Positions 57,218 to 64,000 of a stretch of DNA of 64,000 bases are shown here, piece by piece. The DNA is from Macrostomum hystrix (Eukaryota; Animalia; Platyhelminthes): assembly GCA_950097015.1 (NCBI GenBank), contig CATNEN010000038.1, positions 14,136,001-14,200,000 of the forward strand, written 5' to 3'. Under the pieces are notes generated by a model. It saw only the letters and a list, made by a program, of their open reading frames with translations, ran no database searches and was not told the DNA's origin. Both the position numbers and the translations under genes were made by a program. The stretch's first letter is position 1; each line of letters starts with the position of its first letter.

Positions 57218-60186
57218 ATGATTCGACTTCGCTTGAGAACTTCACTGGCCTGGCTGCTGCTGCTGACGTTGTCCCCAGACCTAGCAGCGGCATCGACCTG
57301 TGACAGCATCCAGTGCGTGACCCTCGCCGCCGAGATGGTCAGCCGGATGAACACCTCGGCTGATCCATGCCAGGACTTCTACAACTACGCCTGCGGCAAC
57401 TTTCCCAACGTAGTGAAGTACAACCCGCTGCGCACCTCGGCGTCAATGACCAGACAGGGCGACACTCTGTTCGAGGACACGATGGGCCTGATGGCACAGG
57501 GCCTTGAGAAGAACATGTACGAGCTGCTTGTGCTGGACCGCGTGGCCACCAGCCCAGACCGGGACATGGCCGACCTGTTCAACTTCACACGACTGTTCTA
57601 CAGTAGCTGCAGGCAGTGGGTGTTCCAGCGAAATAGGCGACCCTTCATCACACAGCCTGCGGCCGAGGATCCTTCGGCCAGCTTTCTGCGGGGTGTCGTC
57701 GATCACCTCAACGAGACCCTGATAGATTTGTCCGGAGACAGCAAACAGGTGAGCGTGCTGATTCGAGTTTAACATCTACAATCCAGTGGGCTGCCCTTAT
57801 CTACAATCCATTGGGTTTGCCCTTATCTACAATCAATTGGGCCGCCCTTATCTACAATCCAGTGGGCTGCCCTTATCTACAATCCAGTGGACTGCACTTA
57901 TCTACAATCCATTGGCTTATCCAAAATCTACAGGTTGCCATGGAAACGGTGCTCGCTGCCCTGGTGAAGACAGGAGGCATCGGCTTGCTAAGTGTGGACC
58001 TGCCGAGCGGGTTCGCGACTGAAGTCATCCAGCAAGACGACCTCAACTTGACGCGCACGCCCAGGGCTCGACTCACAATTGACATGCAGCTGTTCCCCAT
58101 CCGGCTGGACCAGGATCCCACAGTCCTCCGGCTTCTGAAGTTTCTCGCCGCTGCGGACATCGGCGCTCCGCTGCTGCAGTTCGAGTGCTGTTCGAGAAAT
58201 GGCACGGCGTCCGCTCCGTCGTTTCTCGGCGCCCAGGCGCGGATCAAGCAGGCCACCGTCATCTGGAGCAGTCCGCTTAATTGCAAAGCGCTGAACGACT
58301 CGAAGTACAAGTACACGATCGCTGAACTGGACGAAATCGCTGCCTGCGCCGCCGGCAACGGCAAGAAGCCGTTCTCCTGGCGCCGTTTCTTTGGCGACCT
58401 CCTTCAGGCCAGGGTGGATCCGGCGGCCCTGGTCGAGATCTACCGAGTCGAGGAGTTGACTCGCTTTGTGAATTATATGAAATCCCGCCCTGTGTTCGAC
58501 AGTTCAGCTGTGACCTTCTCGGACGAAGTGACCTACCTGGTTTTCGATTGGCTGCTGAGCTTCCAGCGGTTTTTCCCAAGCGAGCTGCAGCACGGCCCAG
58601 TGCGGCAGCGCAAGTCCTCCGTTGTTGAGTCCCCCATTGAGGGCAACGGCGCTGTGTCCTGCATGCTGTGGACCAAGACCCTGCTGCAGCCAATCCTGGA
58701 GCGAATGTACCAGACCGCCTATCATCGGGAGGACTTCGCCGACATCAAGGATCTGGTGAAGCTCATCCAGGACGCCGCCATCGACAGTGTCCACAAGCAG
58801 CCATGGATCACCAGCAGCGCCAAGAAGGCCATCGCCAAGAAGATCCAGTCCATGAAGCAGACCATTGGTCTCGATGAGCTCTCGGCAGCCGAGATCAAAG
58901 CATTCTACGCCTCCACCCTGGATGAGTTTCGCTCCATCGAGCTGCAGCCGAACCAGCTGGACGCCGGCTTCGGCAGCTTGTTCTCTTTGGGCCTGTGCGC
59001 GTACGCCCACAAGAACTTCGACGTGATGTCCGGCCTCAGCCCCGTGACGCTGTTCATGGAGATCAGCCCGCTGGTGGTGAACGCTTTCAACTGGGTGCAG
59101 CGCAACCAGATCATCTTCCCGATGGCCATCCTGGCGCCGCCCTACTATCACCCGACCTTCCCGGACTACGTGAACCTCGGCAGCCTCGGCTACGTCATCG
59201 GGCACGAGATCGGGCACTCGTTCGACAACATAGGCCACACCGTCAACCAGCTGGGCGCCAACGGCCACTTTTGGGACAATGTCACGGAGTCGCGCTACCT
59301 ACAGCGAATGGAATGCGTCCGGAGGAGGTACGGCAGCTACCGGCTGTTTCCGGGCGGCCCGCTACACCTGTCCAACAGCACCCTAGGCAACGACATTGCC
59401 GACATCATCGGCATTCGGGTATACTGAACTCGAAGCTTGACAATCGAATCTTAGGGTCTAGCCCAGATCAGGTTGGGTTCTGGTCCGCTGGATTAAAAAC
59501 TTTTATCCTAGGATAAATTCTTCGCGTAAGTTAGCTCGTATTTTAAGCAAGAATCTTCAGGCCAGTTTTCAATAAAATATTTTCCAATCAGAGGTTTTTT
59601 TATTTCCTGGAAGGGTATTTCCCAAAAATGGATTTCCTGGAAAGGTATTTCCCAAAAAAGGATTTCCTAGAAAGGTATTTCCCAAAAATGGATTTCCCAT
59701 TAAAGGTATTCCCAAAAAGGGATTTTTCCAGAAAGGAATTCCCAAAAAGGGATTTTTCCAGAAAGGAATTCCCAAAAAGGGATTTCCCAGAAAAGGAATT
59801 CCCAGAACAAGAATTCCCACTTTCTAAAAATAGCCCTTCGCCTCTTACCACTCTACATCGCAACCCGCCATTGTACCTGAACCTGCCCCAAGGCGGCCAC
59901 GGGAGCCTGGAAGATACTTAAACGCCGGCGGCGAGCTATTGTGCGGCTGCCGAATCTGCGGACAGACCTGAGCCCTGAGCAGGTGCTGTTCGTACAGGCC
60001 GCCCAATCCTGGTGCGTGAAGTCCGAGCCCGGCGTTTTGAAGCGCCTTTTCGGTGAGCAACCCTCGCACAGCCCGCACCACCTGCGCGTCCGCGGCATCG
60101 CCGAGAACAGCCCGGAGTTCGCCGAGGCATTCAAATGCCGCCCCGGCCGGCCGATGAATCCGGAGGGCAAGTGCACCTTCTGGTGA
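57218..60186 (+). CDS. Secreted M13 (neprilysin/ECE-like) metallopeptidase
   Basis: Exons 57218-57748, 57934-59418, 59893-60186 (phase 0). Signal peptide; MNTSADPCQDFYNYACG, VNAF, GYVIGHEIGHSFD, HSP..LRV, C-terminal PMNP..KCTFW. Confidence 0.92.
57772..57932. repeat. 25-bp repeat (TATCTACAATCCAGTGGGCTGCCCT)n, M13 intron 1
   Basis: About 6 units; the last atctacag provides the acceptor. Confidence 0.88.
59600..59820. repeat. 30-bp repeat (15-bp subunits, AAAGGAATTCCCAAAAAGGGATTT), M13 intron 2
   Basis: About 7 units. Confidence 0.88.
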
Positions 60187-60474
60187 AGCCCGAGGAGCGA
60201 CTTGTAGCCGCAGATAGCGGCTGCAGATTGAGTGGCAGTACAGTATAATGAGATCTCAAACTTACAAGCCTGACGAGAACAGTATCAGATCGCGAAATAC
60301 TTAGCAATGCATGAACCGATTCAGCATTGATTTTTCTACTGGATTTAGACTCTCAGATTTCGTATATTGATTCTGTAGTTTTTAGTAGTTAAAATTACGG
60401 CTTATTTAAATAAAATTTGATCATTAAAAATAAATCTCATCGTCCTAAGCAAACAGTCGTTCGGTGCTGCGTTT

Positions 60475-61082
60475 AGCCTAAGGATTGTGGACACAATGTG
60501 ATTAGCCTGAGGATTTGAGACACTATGGGATCAGCCTGAGGATTGTGGACACAATGTGATTAGCCTGAGGATTTGAGACACTATGGGATCAGCCTGAGGA
60601 TTTGAGACACTATGTGATCAGCCTAAGGATTTGAGACACTATGGGATCAGCCTGAGGATTTGAGACACTATGGGATCAGCCTGAGGATTTGAGACACTAT
60701 GTGATCAGCCTAAGGATTTGAGACACTATGGGATCAGCCTGAGGATTTGAGACACTATGGTATCAGCCTAAGGATTTGAGACACTATGGGATCAGCCTAA
60801 GGATTTGAGACACTATGGGATCAGCCTGAGGATTTGAGACACTATGGGATCAGCCTAAAGATTTGAGACACTATGGGATCAGCCTAAGGATTTGAGACAC
60901 TATGGGATCAGCCTAAGGATTTGAGACACTATGGGATCAGCCTGAGGATTTGAGACACTATGGGATCAGCCTGAGGATTTGAGACACTATGGGATCAGCC
61001 TGAGGATTTGAGACACTTTAGGATCAGCCTGAGGATTTGAGACACTATAGGACTAGCTTGGGATTAGCCTGGGATCTGAGAC
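60475..61082. repeat. 29-bp minisatellite (GGGATCAGCCTGAGGATTTGAGACACTAT)n
   Basis: About 20 units. Confidence 0.95.
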
Positions 61083-61694
61083 TAATCAAGCCGTGTGGCA
61101 GATTCGAACCCAGGACGTTCTAAAGTTAAGAACAATATCCTCACGAACTTCAAGGAGGCACGCATCACCTGAAAAAAGAAGACCACATAAACAAAGTTTT
61201 AGCACAATCCAATTTTCTTCATCATGAAATTGTTATCGAGGCCAGTTTGAAGTCATGGCCATTAGAAAATAGGTTTGTTATTTATTTATTGGTTAAAACA
61301 CACAAAAAGTTGTTTAATGCTCAGGGGTGCACTATGCTCTTACAGACTGCGCTAACTTGCCAAGATGCGCGTGAAAATGCAGATGCGAAAAACAATAGCT
61401 GGATTAAGAATAGACCCGCGCTGGGGTCGAAATTCATAAATTACAGTGTCCGTGCCAGAGAAAATATTATTACATTCTAGACCGTAAAGACTGTGTTAAA
61501 TGCCACACAGAGCACAGCTACCTACTGGAGGTAGTAGCTTGTCCATTAGTCTGGCCACAGTAGTAAATAATTGCGACGAAAAATGAGACTGCTGGTCATT
61601 ACCCATAAGAGTGTTTTTCTATCGTTCTTAGGGTCATAAAAGGCTTAAAGCAATTAAAGCAGTCATTTAATGGTTTTTAGTGTCATCAACCACG

Positions 61695-62030
61695 TAAACG
61701 GTCATTCAGAGCTTCTTCTGGTCATGAACCCCCGAAACGGTCATTCACAGCTTCTTCTGGTCATGAACCCCCGAAACGGTCATTCAGAGCTTCTTCTGGT
61801 CATGAACGCCCGAAACGGTCATTCATAGCTTCTTCTGGTCATGAACCCCCGAAACGGTCATTCAGAGCTTCTTCTGGTCATGAACGCCCGAAACGGTCAT
61901 TCAGAGCTTCTTCTGGTCATGAACGCCCGAAACGGTCATTCACAGCTTCTTCTGGTCATGAACCCCCGAAACGGTCATTCATAGCTTCTTCTGGTCATGA
62001 ACCCCCGAAACGGTCATTCAGAGCCCAAAC
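61695..62030. repeat. 39-bp minisatellite (GAAACGGTCATTCAGAGCTTCTTCTGGTCATGAACCCCC)n
   Basis: About 8.5 units. Confidence 0.93.
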
Positions 62031-62226
62031 GGTTTTCAAATAAAAAACGTGCAGTAAAAGGTTTATAAAAAGTTACTTAACAATGTAACTAGCAAACTGT
62101 TCTGTAACCATAGCAACGTATACGCATTTCAATAAATTTCATGTTAGCCTGCTAGATTGATAAAATGAAAAGTCAGGAAACTACAAAGACACGCTTTGGT
62201 TAAACGCGCAAACAAATCGAACCGAA

Positions 62227-64000
62227 TTAACTGTCGCCTCCGCCAGAGAATCTGCCCCGCTTTGAGGGCGGGCCACCGCCGCCACCGCGCCTACCGCCGC
62301 CGCGTCCACCTCGGCCACCGCCGCCACGATGACCGCCTCTGTGACCTCCGCGGCCTCCGCGACCTCCGCCGCCGCCGCCGCCCCGGGACTCGTACTGCTG
62401 CTGGCGGGCCTGCATCACCAGGCTCCAAATACGCTCCTCATCCTCGCCGGAAGGCACGCTGCCGGTCAGCTCGACGTCGCGAAACTTAAACGAGCCGCCG
62501 TTGGCTTCGCAGATCTTCGACCAGGCCGGCGCGGCGGAGTTCTCCTCGCGGAATCTGGCGGGGATTGGGAAAATACCATCGTTTTATAATCCCAATATAA
62601 TCTCCTATTGCCTTACGTGTGTGCATGTGCGTGTGGCTGCGGGTCAAGTGCCCCCAAATGATATGCCATTGCTCGCAGCCCTCCTGCAATTATCATCATT
62701 ATTATTATTATACCTGGCATAGAGCACGGACTCGTAGAAGTCCAGGTAATTCTCTTTGCCAAACGACTCGCCCAGGGCGGCCCGCAGATCCTGATACAGC
62801 TGGGTTAGCTCGGCCTTGTCTGTCGGCTCCTTGACACCGTCTAGACGGAGCAGGCTGCCACGCACTATGCGCGCCTTCAGCTTCTCGCGATCGCTGGCCG
62901 CCTTTGCCTCCAGGCGTTTGGCCTCCGCCTCAGCGCGACGCTTCGAATTCTCGAGCCGCTCCTGCTTGGTGCGCTCCTGCGGGTGAGTCAGTGCTTGCTG
63001 GCTGAGGATATGGGACACTGGGATCAGGGCGTGAGCATGGGGATCTGGGAGATTGTGGGATAAGTACGGGGATCTGGGAGATTGTGGGATAAGTACGGGG
63101 ATCTGGGAGATTGTGGGATAAGTACGGGAATCTGGGAGATTGTGGGATAAGCCTGGGGATCTAGAAGATTGTCGGATAAGCCTGGGGATCTGGGAGATTT
63201 TGGGATAAGCCTGGGGATCTGGGAGACTGAGGGATAAGCCTGGGGATCTGGGAGACTGTGGGATAAGCCTGGGGATCTGGGGGACTGTGGGATAAGCCTG
63301 GGGATCTGGGGGACTGTGGGATAAGCCTGGGGATCTGGGAGATTGTGGGATAAGCCTGGGGATCTGGGAGACTGTGGGATAAGCCTGGGATCTGGGAGAT
63401 TGGGATCAGACTGTGAGCCTATGGGAATAGAGTTATCCCTGTAATCCTGGGCCAAACGCCAGGAGACTTGGAGACTGTGGGATCAGAATTTATGCATGGG
63501 GATCTGAGAGACGGGGATCAGTCTGAGGATCTAGAACACTATGGAGTGCGCAAATACAGTGGAAAGTATCGAGTCGACCAATGTTACCTTCTTTCGATCA
63601 AAGTGCTCCTGGCGCCACAGCCGCTCGACTAGAGGCTGTTTGCGAAATTTGACGGGACTAGCCAGAAATTTCTCGGCCGATTCCCTTTCAGCGAATGTGG
63701 CATAGATGCTGCCCTTGAACTTCTTTGTGTTAACGTCTTTGCGCATCTGAATGTGCAGGGTGCGGCCGAACTGTTCAAGGAAGGCCTGAATCTCGTCTAG
63801 GGTGGCGTCCTCTGGGAATACCTTGGCGTACACGGCGGAGTCCTTGTGCTTCAGCACCGCCTCTCTGCGGGCGGTTTTTGGGATGAACGACAGATGAAGA
63901 GACTTTTCTCCTCTTAAAACACCATTTGTGTACGTATAATCTTTACGACCTTCTAGTTTAGTTCTCCCCAAATCCTCACCCTCGCCTTCTAGTTCTTCTT
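62227..64000 (-). CDS. SSB: La autoantigen homolog, 3' part (RRM1, RRM2/xRRM, RGG tail); 5' end lies outside the window
   Basis: Exons about 64000-63980, 63864-63588, 62976-62714, 62554-62227. SAVYAKVFPEDATLDEIQAFL...IQMRKD..KKFKGSIYATF matches La RRM1; GSLLRL...YARF...GEDEERIW matches RRM2; RGG-rich end. The first junction is uncertain. Confidence 0.85.
62613..62712 (+). mobile_element. SINE-A 3' fragment in the last La intron
   Basis: tggctgcgggtcaagtgcccccaaatgatatgccattgctcgcagccctcctgcaatt(att)n; the tail runs into the intron donor. Confidence 0.8.
63015..63532. repeat. 29-bp G-rich minisatellite (GGGATAAGCCTGGGGATCTGGGAGACTGT)n, La intron
   Basis: About 13 good units plus degenerate flanks. 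Confidence 0.95.

Noticed and set aside
58504-59268. Antisense ORFs overlapping GC-rich exons (M13, protocadherin, CAD, HSF)
   Set aside because: Expected shadows of codon bias; no recognisable domains.
60265-60310. CTGACGAG...CGAAA hammerhead-like spacing in the M13 3' region
   Set aside because: Helices I-III cannot be paired.
61481-61545. CCGTAAAGAC resembling my recollection of a flatworm spliced-leader 5' end, followed by a small hairpin
   Set aside because: Only about 10 nt match; no AUG|GT donor or Sm site follows.
61695-62030. CGAAACGGTC in the 39-bp repeat resembling Penelope-type minimal hammerheads
   Set aside because: No CUGANGA box or helix I in the unit.

Overview
Eukaryotic, intron-rich animal DNA. 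The overall style (poly-Gln proteins, minisatellite-filled introns, tRNA-derived SINEs) suggests a free-living flatworm such as Macrostomum; this is inference, not an identification. Spliced genes rebuilt by hand from GT-AG sites and reading frame, on the + strand: a 7-cadherin-repeat protocadherin (2.3-14.6 kb), a divergent non-RD AGC-like kinase (16.2-21.4 kb), a NUDT6-like Nudix hydrolase (23.8-25.2 kb), MSL1 (27.7-30.3 kb), a complete 19-exon CAD (33.6-52.4 kb) and an M13/neprilysin-like protease (57.2-60.2 kb). On the - strand: an intact C-type lectin/PAN-like gene and a pseudogenised paralog, both nested in CAD intron 7; an intronless HSF-domain gene with no ATG upstream of its DNA-binding domain; and the 3' part of La/SSB. 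Non-coding DNA holds about 30 different minisatellite arrays, two tRNA-headed SINE families (about 11 and 3-4 copies) and two MITE families. The most notable signals are: a shared (R)ATCC / CCCAGATCCC core across many otherwise different arrays; phase-0 splice acceptors in front of four genes, compatible with a spliced-leader-donated AUG; a covarying hairpin with hammerhead-like core words in the main SINE; an RFX X-box cluster; and an M13 protease that lacks the canonical third zinc ligand. Most long ORFs in the supplied track that fall over repeats are artefacts.
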